From: a virus
Lineage: Duplodnaviria > Caudoviricetes
Length of the DNA: 64,000 nt
Strand: one strand, 5' to 3'
IMG/VR virus record: IMGVR_UViG_3300034161_000018
Span: 32,001 to 96,000 of that record
Shown here: piece by piece, positions 32,663 through 42,241 of the stretch
Numbering within the stretch: position 1 is the first letter of the stretch
Layout of the letters: each line of letters starts with the position of its first letter
The notes under the pieces: model-generated
The model's database searches: none
Seen by the model: the letters and a program-made list of their open reading frames with translations, nothing else
Told to the model about the DNA's origin: nothing
Position numbers and translations under genes: made by a program

Positions 32663-35128
32663 TTACTCACCCATGTAGCGACTGGCGTTGCTGCTAAGCG
32701 TGTTTGGCAAACCGGCAGTTGTGTCGGTCGTCGTTGCCAGCGATGGGAATATTGGCGCTTCCCATTTTCCGGCTTTCGACGAAACGTCTTTACCCATTGA
32801 GTACAGCTTGGCCCAAGTGGTTGCCTGTTTGGTTGTTTCGACGTTTTGGTATCCGCCATAACTGACCACTTTCTCGACGGAGTTGGCAAGCGGAGTCGCA
32901 CCTTTGCCACCAAACGAAAAGAGAGTTTCTTGACCAGCATAAAGCAGAGCCTTGTTAGTACGCGCCGAATCCGCAAGATATTCGTTCTGACCATATTGCG
33001 TCATAACCTTGGCGGAGATAACCGAAAGTTGTTGCAGGCTGGAAGCCGCATCGGTCGGCGAAACGTTACCGAAAGTTTTAACGTAGGATTCCGCGCCTTG
33101 TGTTAGCAGCAATTGTTGTGGGTTGGTGGAATTCGCAAACGCATTAACTGCGCGTGCGGTTTTGAATGGGTTGATCGTGATGTTGTTTGCGCCTAGACCA
33201 AAGCCCGTCGCGTCCATCAAGAAGTTTGAAGTTATTTTCCCCGCCGTTGTGTCAACCAACGGAAGCGTAAACGGAAGTTCCAAATTGCCTGCGCCCATTC
33301 CGGCACCTGCCAAATCCGCCGCCCAAATGCCGCCGCCGAGGACTTCGCCAACGAGAGCGCCTTTATTAATTCGGCCCCCAGTAGCAGCAGACACGATATT
33401 GTTAATGCGGAAGCCAGCAACGTCGCCGAAAGAACCAGAAATCCGGCCAATAGCAGCCGCTTTGAAACCTTGTGAATTACTTCGCGCATAATCAATGTCC
33501 GATGCAATACGGTTGACGTTGAACCCGTCTGTCAAACTCGACAACATATTTCCACTGAATGCGGTGACGCGTTGGAAATACGAAGTGTCGGCTGGAATAA
33601 CGTTTGCAGCTTTGATACTTGCGCCCAACGGCCCGCCGATATTGTCGAGTGCCGAAGTAGAAGAACGAACACCGTCCATTGCGCTGCGCATTTGTGCAGT
33701 CGGTGCCAAGTCGGTTGCAATACTTGGAACAGCCGGGAACACGGAGTTGAAATTGTCCAACGACTTCATGCTGTTCATTGCAGCCGTTGTTGCCGGAACT
33801 GGAATTCCGTTTCCTTCGCCCGCAACCAATTGCGAGGAAAGGTTTGTCGGTGCATTGGTCGCGGTGCTGATCGCTGCCGCTGCCGGAACATTGCCCGCCG
33901 CAGATGCCGTAGCATTTTGTTTTGTTGGAACCGTTCCAGAGTCTGCGCCTTCTTTGATCGGCACGGAAACAAAAGGACGATACAGGTAATGCGCTTCGGC
34001 GTAGCGCGCACCGTTTTTGATTTGAATCGTTTTGCCACCGAGAACGTATTTGCTGGAAACGTCGGCGCTCACTTGAGGCGTGCCGGATTTGTCGTTCTTC
34101 AGCAAGTACGCAACCGAGTCAAACGTTTTTGCTTCGGTGCAGGAATCCGTCAGCAGAGTCAGGCGCTCGCTAAACATCGAAAGGAAACGCAGATTTTGGT
34201 AATACGCGTTTTCGTAAAACTGGTGAACCGCATCGTCTTCGGCTGGCGCGGTGCCCGGATCGAAACCGGAATACGTCACACGCGAACCGCGCTCAATCAA
34301 TTGTTGCAACACGTCTTTGTTGAGCGGCAAACTGGTGCCAAGCAACGGAGCCGTGAGTTTCAAAATATCAACATCGGTGCCAGTGGCGGAATGCTGATAA
34401 TGCTTTTGCCCATAGTTGATATAATGGGCACCAACGCCGGAAGCACTTGCATCCCGCGCTTCACGAACGGAAACTACTGTGCCTTCTGTACCGGCGCCAG
34501 TCGTGTCATGCACAAACGTGTGGGTTGGTTTGTCATTCAAAACATCGAACAGGTTTTTGTAACGCAGGGTTTTATCCATTGTCACAATTCGCGCCATGCA
34601 CGATTGTTCGCCACTGTAACCACGCATCGCAACATCTTCGGTAAACGCAAGGCGCGTACAGTTGATATTGATCCACGTCATCAGGTCGTCAGTGTTTTGT
34701 TTCGGGCCGTCGTATTTCAAACCGCAGAGGCCAGCGATTTTTGCGAAAAGATCACTGGAACTCAAACGGTAAGCTTCGGTGAAAGCCCCGGCGCCCCAAA
34801 GCGGAACGTCGAGCAAACCAACAATTTCCAAACGCGGGCCACCGGAAGCGCGTGAACGCCTCCAGCCGAAAACCCGGAACGGACATTCGTTAATCGTTTT
34901 CGTGTCGCGGCCCATACGGATTACGATTCGAGAACCATCAGCGATTGCCAGTTCTTTGGACAGCGACTCTTTTTCGTCGTTGAGGATTAGTTGCAAAACG
35001 GGAAGCCCCATTCCGAAACCATCCATAATCAGAATGCTGCTCAGCATGTTCATAGAAGGCGGAACGCTTGAGCCTTCAATATCAATCGAACAATAGGCCA
35101 AGCCCTCAATACTTAGAGTCGCTTGCAT
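32663..35128 (-). CDS. putative baseplate hub / tail protein (gp27/VgrG-like N-terminus) with a long Ala/Ser/Gly-rich C-terminus
   Basis: Position after the gp53-like gene; beta-rich N-half; function inferred from synteny. Confidence 0.55.
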   Translation of the reverse strand: MQATLSIEGLAYCSIDIEGSSVPPSMNMLSSILIMDGFGMGLPVLQLILNDEKESLSKELAIADGSRIVIRMGRDTKTINECPFRVFGWRRSRASGGPRLEIVGLLDVPLWGAGAFTEAYRLSSSDLFAKIAGLCGLKYDGPKQNTDDLMTWININCTRLAFTEDVAMRGYSGEQSCMARIVTMDKTLRYKNLFDVLNDKPTHTFVHDTTGAGTEGTVVSVREARDASASGVGAHYINYGQKHYQHSATGTDVDILKLTAPLLGTSLPLNKDVLQQLIERGSRVTYSGFDPGTAPAEDDAVHQFYENAYYQNLRFLSMFSERLTLLTDSCTEAKTFDSVAYLLKNDKSGTPQVSADVSSKYVLGGKTIQIKNGARYAEAHYLYRPFVSVPIKEGADSGTVPTKQNATASAAGNVPAAAAISTATNAPTNLSSQLVAGEGNGIPVPATTAAMNSMKSLDNFNSVFPAVPSIATDLAPTAQMRSAMDGVRSSTSALDNIGGPLGASIKAANVIPADTSYFQRVTAFSGNMLSSLTDGFNVNRIASDIDYARSNSQGFKAAAIGRISGSFGDVAGFRINNIVSAATGGRINKGALVGEVLGGGIWAADLAGAGMGAGNLELPFTLPLVDTTAGKITSNFLMDATGFGLGANNITINPFKTARAVNAFANSTNPQQLLLTQGAESYVKTFGNVSPTDAASSLQQLSVISAKVMTQYGQNEYLADSARTNKALLYAGQETLFSFGGKGATPLANSVEKVVSYGGYQNVETTKQATTWAKLYSMGKDVSSKAGKWEAPIFPSLATTTDTTAGLPNTLSSNASRYMGE

Positions 35129-35461
35129 TTAAATACTCACTGTTCTGGTCGAGTTGTTTTGATTCAAGGCCGCTTGCAGACGCGTCGTCATTTCATTCAT
35201 GTCAGGAATTTTGATTTGCGTGCCGGTCTTAATATCAAACATATCGTCAATGTCGTTGTAGACCTGAATGTGCCACCAGTATTTTTCGTCCCGGTAGACA
35301 TTGTAGGCGATAAGCGGAGAGTTGTGTTGCTCGCCTGATTTCACAACGTAAAACTCGTAACCAATCGTTTCCTTGATCGCGTCGATTGCTTTGTCGCGCA
35401 AGGGATCAATTCCGAGTTCGTCGATAACCAGAAAAACAGAATGCTGACCGAGGTTACTCAT
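35129..35461 (-). CDS. baseplate wedge protein, T4 gp53/LysM-like
   Basis: PLIAYNVYRDEKYWWHI..YNDI.D.F....G..IKIP. Confidence 0.8.
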   Translation of the reverse strand: MSNLGQHSVFLVIDELGIDPLRDKAIDAIKETIGYEFYVVKSGEQHNSPLIAYNVYRDEKYWWHIQVYNDIDDMFDIKTGTQIKIPDMNEMTTRLQAALNQNNSTRTVSI

Positions 35462-36243
35462 TAGTTGCCTCCCAACAATTTCGCAACGTTGAGGACGCCC
35501 CAGCCGGAACCCGACTTCGCACCCGTACCAGCAGTGATGCTGTTTTGGAAAGCTTTAATCAAGTCTTCCTGTGTAGTGGTGAAGAATGTTTCAATGCTCA
35601 CGTTTACGGAAACGCCCATTGGTGTTCCGTTTTGGTCAAACATTGTGTCGAAGGTTGGCGTCACGTCCGTAATGATGCACGGACTTAGCGTCATGAATCT
35701 TCCAAGGTTTACAGTAATTACATCGCCGCCCATTTGCAATGGGTTGCCTTGCTGCGAAAAGTTGCCTTCCATGATTGCGTCAAGGTTGGCAACGGTCGGG
35801 CCGGGCGCACGAAGCGTTCCGCCCAAACCGTCTTCACTCGGAGCTGCCAGCGACATAAGCTGAATCAGTTTATCCATAACGTCAACTTTCGCATCGGTGT
35901 ACGCATGCAAAAGAAACGGAAGACTGATCGACAAATACGAACCGCCCGACCACACCGCACCAGACAGGAATTTCATTTTCGTTGTCTGGCCGGTGATTGC
36001 GGTTGCGCCCGCTTTAACCAATCCGTTTGCCAATGCACCGCCACCGTTATTCAGGTTGGAAAGTGGTTGGTCAAGCGGACGGTCAAAGTGGCTATTCAAA
36101 CCAAACGAAAAACTTTCCGGCAACGGAGTTGAGATGTTCAAGTAATCCTTGTTGTCTCGTTTTACGTTTAGTGTCGCCATGTAAATGTCGGACGTGTACG
36201 GTTTTGCCGCAGGCGTTGGAGCATTTGGAGTTGCGGTAGCCAT
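35461..36243 (-). CDS. baseplate tail-tube cap/initiator (gp48/gp54-like)
   Basis: LPESFSF...S.FD, SISLPFLL, PCIITDV...FD...D.NG.P..V.VNV...T tube-fold pattern; synteny. Confidence 0.6.
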   Translation of the reverse strand: MATATPNAPTPAAKPYTSDIYMATLNVKRDNKDYLNISTPLPESFSFGLNSHFDRPLDQPLSNLNNGGGALANGLVKAGATAITGQTTKMKFLSGAVWSGGSYLSISLPFLLHAYTDAKVDVMDKLIQLMSLAAPSEDGLGGTLRAPGPTVANLDAIMEGNFSQQGNPLQMGGDVITVNLGRFMTLSPCIITDVTPTFDTMFDQNGTPMGVSVNVSIETFFTTTQEDLIKAFQNSITAGTGAKSGSGWGVLNVAKLLGGN

Positions 36244-39200
36244 CAGAGGAATCCTGTGTTTACAAACACCAATCCAAAATCGCTAATCAACGCGGGGATT
36301 TCGTCGAGGGTCGGTTTGTCCGAACCTTTTGCGTCTCCACCTTTTCCACCGCCGCCCCCGCCCGCTGGGCCAGCCGGTGCAGGTTGTGCAGATGGTTGAT
36401 CTACTGCCATGCGAACATTTTGAACGGTGTCGAACGGTTGACGATTCGCCGCTTCCGGAGCCGCAGCTTGTGCAACAGCAGGCGCTGGTGCCGAAGCAAC
36501 TGGCGTTGCCATACTTGGGCGTTGCGAAATTGCAGGTTCCGAATTGTAAAACGATGGACTCGCTGGAGAAAACGGATTCATCGTTGCAGCAATTGAAGAA
36601 ATCAAAGGTTTTGCGTCGAGTGCCGACATTCCTGCCGGGGCCGCACTTGGCATTCCCGGTGAACCCGGCGCTGCGCCTCCCGGTTGATTTCCTTTTGTTC
36701 CATCTTGCGGTTGTTGTCCGGCACCCGCTGCAAGTTTTGCCGCAGAATCCGCGAGGGATTGTGCAGCTTGCGCGAGTTTATCCGTGCTTTCGGAACTTCC
36801 CGATTCAACAGCCTGTGCAGCTTTTGCAAAAGACGGTGCGCCCGGTGCAACCGGAATCGTTGTCGCTTTCAAAACATCCATATCGTTATCGAATGTAGGC
36901 GACGACGTTGGTGTCGGTGTTTGCACTTTTGCTTCTGGTGCAGAATCTTTTGCCGCAACAGCTTGCGCAGCTTTGTGAAACGACGGAGCGTTTGGAGCAA
37001 CCGGAACAGTGGTCGCTTTCAAAACTGCCATGTCATCCGCAACTGGTTTCGTTTCGGTATCCACAAGACTGTTTGCAGACGGTTGCAAAGTTGCTGCCGC
37101 TGTTTCAGCCGTTACCGTTTGGCCCGGTGTCGCAATTGGAGTTTCACCAGCAATCGGAGCTTCGACCGGTTTTGTAGTTGCGATTTCAGTTGGCGCTTTT
37201 GACGGAACTGTCATCAAGTCTTTCACGGAAGGCAAAGCAACTGGAGCGCCGGGGAGTGTAGAGTGTTCGCCTTGCAGCATTGGCGAATTGATATACATTC
37301 CTTGCGCAGCTTTTGCCTGCCGTTCTTCTGGAGTGCCGAGCGCTGCATCCATTCCGTTTTCCGCAATTGCACGGCCACCGAAATAACCCGCAGTGCCACC
37401 AATGAATCCGCCAATTGCAGCGCCGGGAATTGCACCAACGCCACCGAATGGCAAACCAATTGCAGCGCCGAGAGCCGCGCCGCCTTCCGCACCTGCCGCA
37501 GCGCCAGCCATACCGCCGCCGATACCGACAAGCGATTTTTGCTTTTGCTGTTTTGCCATTGTGTCGTCGTTGATTACTTCCGCAGCTTCTAAACCGGAAA
37601 GGCCAACGTTTACAACACCGCCGCCAACAGTACGCAAAAGGGAACGCCCGGTTCCTGCCGCAACGCCTTCGGCCACGCCAGTTGCAGCTTTTGTTCCGAC
37701 AACTTCTGCGCCTTTTTTCGCAACGCCCAAACCTGCCAAACCTAAACCGGCTTTATCGACCGTGGAAAGGCCAGCTTGTTCAACTTCGATTCCGTCAGCA
37801 CCAACGCCGTCTTCCATTACGTCAGAACCATTTGCCGAATCCGCTTTAATGTCTTGCGGTTTCATCGGCATGATTCCGATTGGCTCATTGCCTTTCGGTT
37901 TCTCGCCAGCATTCAACAGAGAGCCGGGGTCGGTTTTACCTTGCGCAACATCCGCAGCGGTTTTGCCGTCAGCCTTCTTGTCTTCGCCTTTCATCACACC
38001 TTGCGGATTCTTCTTTTCGTCTTCCAGAATCTTCTGCAAGGTTTTCTTTTCGTTCTCCGCACGTTGGGCCACGCTGCGTTGAACTTCGGCACTACTGGAT
38101 TTGAAATTGTTGCCCACGTTGTCGCGTTTGTAATCCTGCACTGCGCTGATAATGTCTTCGTCAGACATAGACGCCGTGTCTTTGCCCGCCAGCGCTTTCG
38201 ACATTACCGAAGAACCGCCGCCGTATTGTGTCGAAGTGGAATAAACCATTTCTTGCAATGCACGCGAACGTTTGGAAACATCGAGGCCGGTATCTTGCGC
38301 GAGTTTATTTGCCGCAGGATCGTAATGCGTGGCTTTCATGAAACCGGCTTGGGCTTCTTCAAAACCTTTTGAATCGTTACCTACGACTTCTTTGTATTTC
38401 GCGTTGAACTCCGCAGAACCCGGTTGCAGACCAGCGAATTGATCGGCGTATTTCGCACCTTGTTCGGAACGCAAAAACTTCGCCATCGTACCGGATTTGG
38501 AACTGAGTTGGTGAGCGCCATACGACACGCCGCCGTTATCGCCCTTACCGGTAGAGATTGTTCCGACGCCACCTTTGCCCGATTCAAACATTGCAGAAAC
38601 TGCGCCGAGTCCACCGAGACTTTCCAAACCTTTGTAACCAACAGCCGCAGCGCCAGCAGCCAAACCGCCTTTCAGAAGTTTTCCGCGCCAGCCACCGCCA
38701 CCGCCGCCAGTAAACATTCCTTTGGCGCCGCTCATTACGCGGGAACCCCAACCACCTTCGGCAGCACCAGCGCCCATACCTAAAAGCGAACCGCCCATAG
38801 ATTTTGCGCTGTTCCACAACTTACCGGCTTTGCCCATCATGCCGCCGCCAGTGGTTTGGATTTTTGGAACTTTGCCGCCTTTCTTGCCTTTGCCCTTTCC
38901 TTTTTTATCTTTGCCGCCAAACATATCCATTACGTCGGAAGCAAGATCGGCAAAACTATTCGACTGCCCATTGGAATCCGGGGCGCCAGCAACTTGTTTT
39001 ACCGGGAAAGGACTGGTGGCCTGTTGTTGGTATTTCGGTTCTGGTTTCGTGTGTTCACGATAGAGCAAATCGTAAAGCTTTTCCATCGTGACATTCAGGT
39101 TGTCCAGTTTGTGCGACTGGTCTTTCATCAACCCGGTTTGCGCGTCCAGAGTTTGCGATTGGCTGGTGATCGCTTTCGTCTGGATTTCAACATCGTCAGA

Positions 39201-39437
39201 ATTGTCGTTGCTGAAATTGTTTTCTACTTTGTGGTTTACCGTGTTGCCTTGCGATTTCGATTTGGCACTCGAATTCGGCGTGCCCAGCTTTGCACCTTTT
39301 GTACCCGGTGCATCGTCGTCGCCGAAGTGGTCACGCACGTCCACTTTTTCATTTTTGCGTTGTGGAATGTCTTGCATGAGGTCATGCTTCGACTGGTAGC
39401 GGCCAGCTACCTTTTCCATATCAATGAGTTCGGCCAT
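36243..39437 (-). CDS. tail-associated muramidase / tape-measure-like protein
   Basis: Central SAMFESGKGGVGTISTGKGDNGGVSYGAHQLS lysozyme domain, glycine-zipper hydrophobic segments and long low-complexity flanks, in the tail module. Confidence 0.75.
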   Translation of the reverse strand: MAELIDMEKVAGRYQSKHDLMQDIPQRKNEKVDVRDHFGDDDAPGTKGAKLGTPNSSAKSKSQGNTVNHKVENNFSNDNSDDVEIQTKAITSQSQTLDAQTGLMKDQSHKLDNLNVTMEKLYDLLYREHTKPEPKYQQQATSPFPVKQVAGAPDSNGQSNSFADLASDVMDMFGGKDKKGKGKGKKGGKVPKIQTTGGGMMGKAGKLWNSAKSMGGSLLGMGAGAAEGGWGSRVMSGAKGMFTGGGGGGWRGKLLKGGLAAGAAAVGYKGLESLGGLGAVSAMFESGKGGVGTISTGKGDNGGVSYGAHQLSSKSGTMAKFLRSEQGAKYADQFAGLQPGSAEFNAKYKEVVGNDSKGFEEAQAGFMKATHYDPAANKLAQDTGLDVSKRSRALQEMVYSTSTQYGGGSSVMSKALAGKDTASMSDEDIISAVQDYKRDNVGNNFKSSSAEVQRSVAQRAENEKKTLQKILEDEKKNPQGVMKGEDKKADGKTAADVAQGKTDPGSLLNAGEKPKGNEPIGIMPMKPQDIKADSANGSDVMEDGVGADGIEVEQAGLSTVDKAGLGLAGLGVAKKGAEVVGTKAATGVAEGVAAGTGRSLLRTVGGGVVNVGLSGLEAAEVINDDTMAKQQKQKSLVGIGGGMAGAAAGAEGGAALGAAIGLPFGGVGAIPGAAIGGFIGGTAGYFGGRAIAENGMDAALGTPEERQAKAAQGMYINSPMLQGEHSTLPGAPVALPSVKDLMTVPSKAPTEIATTKPVEAPIAGETPIATPGQTVTAETAAATLQPSANSLVDTETKPVADDMAVLKATTVPVAPNAPSFHKAAQAVAAKDSAPEAKVQTPTPTSSPTFDNDMDVLKATTIPVAPGAPSFAKAAQAVESGSSESTDKLAQAAQSLADSAAKLAAGAGQQPQDGTKGNQPGGAAPGSPGMPSAAPAGMSALDAKPLISSIAATMNPFSPASPSFYNSEPAISQRPSMATPVASAPAPAVAQAAAPEAANRQPFDTVQNVRMAVDQPSAQPAPAGPAGGGGGGKGGDAKGSDKPTLDEIPALISDFGLVFVNTGFL

Positions 39438-39443
39438 TGCAAC

Positions 39444-40391
39444 TTACCCCAAGGTTTTAATTCCCTTCGCACGCATTTCCGCTTCTTGACGATCTTTCGC
39501 CATAGTGGAGTGGTGGAATAGGAAAATCTTTGCTGGCATGTTCATATCAGGCTGCATGCCGAAACCGGAAAGCAGGTTGTAGCTGATATTGAAAATGTCA
39601 GTCTCGCTGTTGTCCGCAAAGAACGACAGCAGGCGCGGCGTGCTTTCGTGCATGAACGTGTGGTCACACATTTTGCAGTTCAACCGCATACGTTCCGAAA
39701 TGCCGTGGTGATACTTTTCGCGAATCGCCAAGATGCGCTCGTACAGTTCGCAATCCGGTTGGGAATTCAGGAACGCGAGTTTGGCTTTAAAGGTTTTGCC
39801 CGGTTTGATCCAGCGCGCCACCTCGGCCATGTGCAGCATCCATTTGTGTTCTTCGATGTAATCGTTGAAATCCGAAAGCGTGTTCACTCTCGGGAAATCA
39901 ATGTCGTCGAATTCGATTGTTTGCAAATCGTCGTCGAGGACATGAACTTGTGGCATCACGTTGGTGATGATTTCCACGTTGTTGTGATTACAGAGTTCAC
40001 GTTTGTACCCTTTGAGTTTCGCAGTCTTTTCATCCATGAACGGCGAACCGACATGGTTGTCTTCTTCGTGCGCCCAAAGGTATTGCTGGCATTTCCACGA
40101 AACTTGCAGCGGCACTTTTGGGAATGAGTGCTGGCGCAACCACGCCATCAAATATTCAAAGTCGCCGTCAGTCAAAAGCGAAACGTCCACACTGGTCGCC
40201 AGTTGCACTGCGCGAATAATGTGAAAGTATGGTCGGTCTTTACTGTGCATCGCGTGGTGCAAGAGTTGAAGTTCAGCAACGGTGAATTGCCGAATCAACA
40301 ATTGTTTAAATGGGTAAGGGGCAAAGCCCGTAGGCAAGCCCCCAATGTCTAAGAAGCGGGCGTCCCGCAGATATTGATCTTCATTGTTCAT
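39444..40391 (-). CDS. baseplate hub assembly protein, T4 gp26-like
   Basis: LP.GF.PY...L.IR.FTV.E, DF.YL..WLR, C-terminal CKMC; synteny. Confidence 0.6.
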   Translation of the reverse strand: MNNEDQYLRDARFLDIGGLPTGFAPYPFKQLLIRQFTVAELQLLHHAMHSKDRPYFHIIRAVQLATSVDVSLLTDGDFEYLMAWLRQHSFPKVPLQVSWKCQQYLWAHEEDNHVGSPFMDEKTAKLKGYKRELCNHNNVEIITNVMPQVHVLDDDLQTIEFDDIDFPRVNTLSDFNDYIEEHKWMLHMAEVARWIKPGKTFKAKLAFLNSQPDCELYERILAIREKYHHGISERMRLNCKMCDHTFMHESTPRLLSFFADNSETDIFNISYNLLSGFGMQPDMNMPAKIFLFHHSTMAKDRQEAEMRAKGIKTLG

Positions 40392-41167
40392 ACGAAAAAG
40401 GAAGCTGGTTCGATGGAAGTGGCGAAGTAATGAGTGCTACCGCAAACAGAACATTCTTTGCCGACCTGCCGACCGATACCGTGGCCGATGGTGGCGTTTG
40501 CTTCGGCTGCCGCTTCCATGAGCGACATATCATCCTGCGCGAACAGGATTTCGATTTTGTCTTTCAGTGTCCGGCCTTCGGCAATCCAGCGCGCCGGGCC
40601 AACAATTTTGTGATAGACAGGATCGGTAATCAGTTGATCGTATTCGACCATGTTGCGCACACGCGGGTAATCCAGTCGCGAATCCAGTTCAACTTCCGGA
40701 AGGAAAATCACACTGAAATCGGCGAAGGTCAACGGCGCGATGTTGTGAGTACCGCAGTATTTCAAATCGAAAAGCAGTTTGGTCGGGTCTTCCAGCATTG
40801 CTTGTTCTGGCGTACCTTCCGCAGCTTTCCAGTTTTCCGTGGTGCGAATCACGCGCTGAGTTTTGTAAATCTCGCGGGTGTCTTGGCGAATGTATTGCGT
40901 ACCGCTGCATTCCCAACTGGCCGAGACTTCACGCTTCAAACAATTGAAACGCTGCCACGCCAAGAAGAAATAAAAGTCGCCGGGTGTCAGCAGGCTCACG
41001 TCGAAGTCACACACTTCCTGCATTGCTTCAATAGCTGGCTGCATGTTTTCCAGAAAAACAGCTTTGCCCAACAGTCCCAGTTGCTTCGGGCGAAACGGAT
41101 TCAGGTGAACCTGTTTCACTTGATACGGGACGGTGCGAGAAGGAAGTGTATTGTTATCAAAGATCAT
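40388..41167 (-). CDS. baseplate hub assembly protein, gp26-like paralog
   Basis: LPS...PY....L.PF, LT.GDF.F...W.R, DYPRV, ARWI..G.T.K.K, CSVC. Confidence 0.6.
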   Translation of the reverse strand: MIFDNNTLPSRTVPYQVKQVHLNPFRPKQLGLLGKAVFLENMQPAIEAMQEVCDFDVSLLTPGDFYFFLAWQRFNCLKREVSASWECSGTQYIRQDTREIYKTQRVIRTTENWKAAEGTPEQAMLEDPTKLLFDLKYCGTHNIAPLTFADFSVIFLPEVELDSRLDYPRVRNMVEYDQLITDPVYHKIVGPARWIAEGRTLKDKIEILFAQDDMSLMEAAAEANATIGHGIGRQVGKECSVCGSTHYFATSIEPASFFV

Positions 41168-41663
41168 CGAGATACTCCATACTGTCAGTTGAAAAGTTTT
41201 GTTGAATGGTCAGTCGTTCGTTGGCGCTGGAAAGCTCCCAATTGTTCGACGTGGTTGGCCAACAATTCTTCATTTTAACGCGCATCACAGGATCGCCTTT
41301 CGTGTTCAACAACTCGAAAACCATATCCCGTTTGTAATTGCCCGGAAGATAGTAGTAACCTTCACGCGGATGGCGAATCTTTTCTTGCCACGTTTTCAGG
41401 TACTGCTTGGAACTTGCTTTCGAGTCCTCGTAAAAGGTAATGTCGAATGCAGAGATTTCCAAAAAGCCGGGGTAGTTCGTATATCGCCCACCTTCAAAAA
41501 CGGGTTTCACGTTAATCGAAGGGAAAGGCAAAGAAACCGTTTCGACATACGTTGTGTCGTAATCGAAAGGCAACGAAACACAATGCCATTTGAAAGCGAG
41601 CAGCGGACTGCCCTTTTCGCTTGACGTGCGTTCCGCAAAATCCTTTAACGTGAGAATTGCCAT
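41157..41663 (-). CDS. tail tube-like protein (gp19/gp54 fold)
   Basis: FDITFYED......L..W, Y..P..YKRD....LL...G......K..NCWP. Confidence 0.7.
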   Translation of the reverse strand: MAILTLKDFAERTSSEKGSPLLAFKWHCVSLPFDYDTTYVETVSLPFPSINVKPVFEGGRYTNYPGFLEISAFDITFYEDSKASSKQYLKTWQEKIRHPREGYYYLPGNYKRDMVFELLNTKGDPVMRVKMKNCWPTTSNNWELSSANERLTIQQNFSTDSMEYLDDL

Positions 41664-41680
41664 TTCAAACCTCGAAAACT

Positions 41681-41712
41681 AAAAAGCCCACGGCCCGGAG
41701 GCAATGGGCTTT
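41681..41712 (-). terminator. terminator after the tail tube gene
   Basis: AAAGCCCA...TGGGCTTT stem plus T-run on minus. Confidence 0.75.
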
Positions 41713-41718
41713 CTGCCG

Positions 41719-42228
41719 TTAGGCGCGCTCGTAGTAGTCGTAAGCGAATTCCACGTCTACTTGAATCGCTGTACCGCCAGCACCGTCAAACGAATAGTCC
41801 GGAACTTGCGTCGGCCAAACGTTGATGATGTTGTAAGTCAGCGAAGTTGCGCCAGTCTGATCGAAGATGTTGAGAGTTGCAGTCGTGGCGTAATCCTTTT
41901 TGAAGGAACCCGACTGAGTGTCGGTGCCGCGAATGAGTTCTGCCCAAGCTTCCAGCGCTTGCGTAATCCGGCCTTCATACGATTCGACAAAGCCGACCGA
42001 CATGGAGCCAGAGAAAACTTTACGCGCAGCGTGTTTTACTTTGTGGCCGAACAGTTCGATTTCAACTTCCGTGATCGACATGCCCGGCTTTACACCGGAA
42101 CGGCATTGCAGTCGAAGTTGACGGCCATCGGCCCCGTTGCCGGGAACTTTGGTGAACGTAAGTTCAAAGTTGTCGTTCAGCATCGGGTCATTGATACCCA
42201 ATACTTCTGTCAGAGTTACCTTAGACAT
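41719..42228 (-). CDS. major tail tube protein (T4 gp19-like)
   Basis: Directly follows the sheath; W.E.IR.T..QSG..K.DY...A.L..FD..G.....Y....VWP..V....D. Confidence 0.85.
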   Translation of the reverse strand: MSKVTLTEVLGINDPMLNDNFELTFTKVPGNGADGRQLRLQCRSGVKPGMSITEVEIELFGHKVKHAARKVFSGSMSVGFVESYEGRITQALEAWAELIRGTDTQSGSFKKDYATTATLNIFDQTGATSLTYNIINVWPTQVPDYSFDGAGGTAIQVDVEFAYDYYERA

Positions 42229-42241
42229 ATTTGCCTACCTT

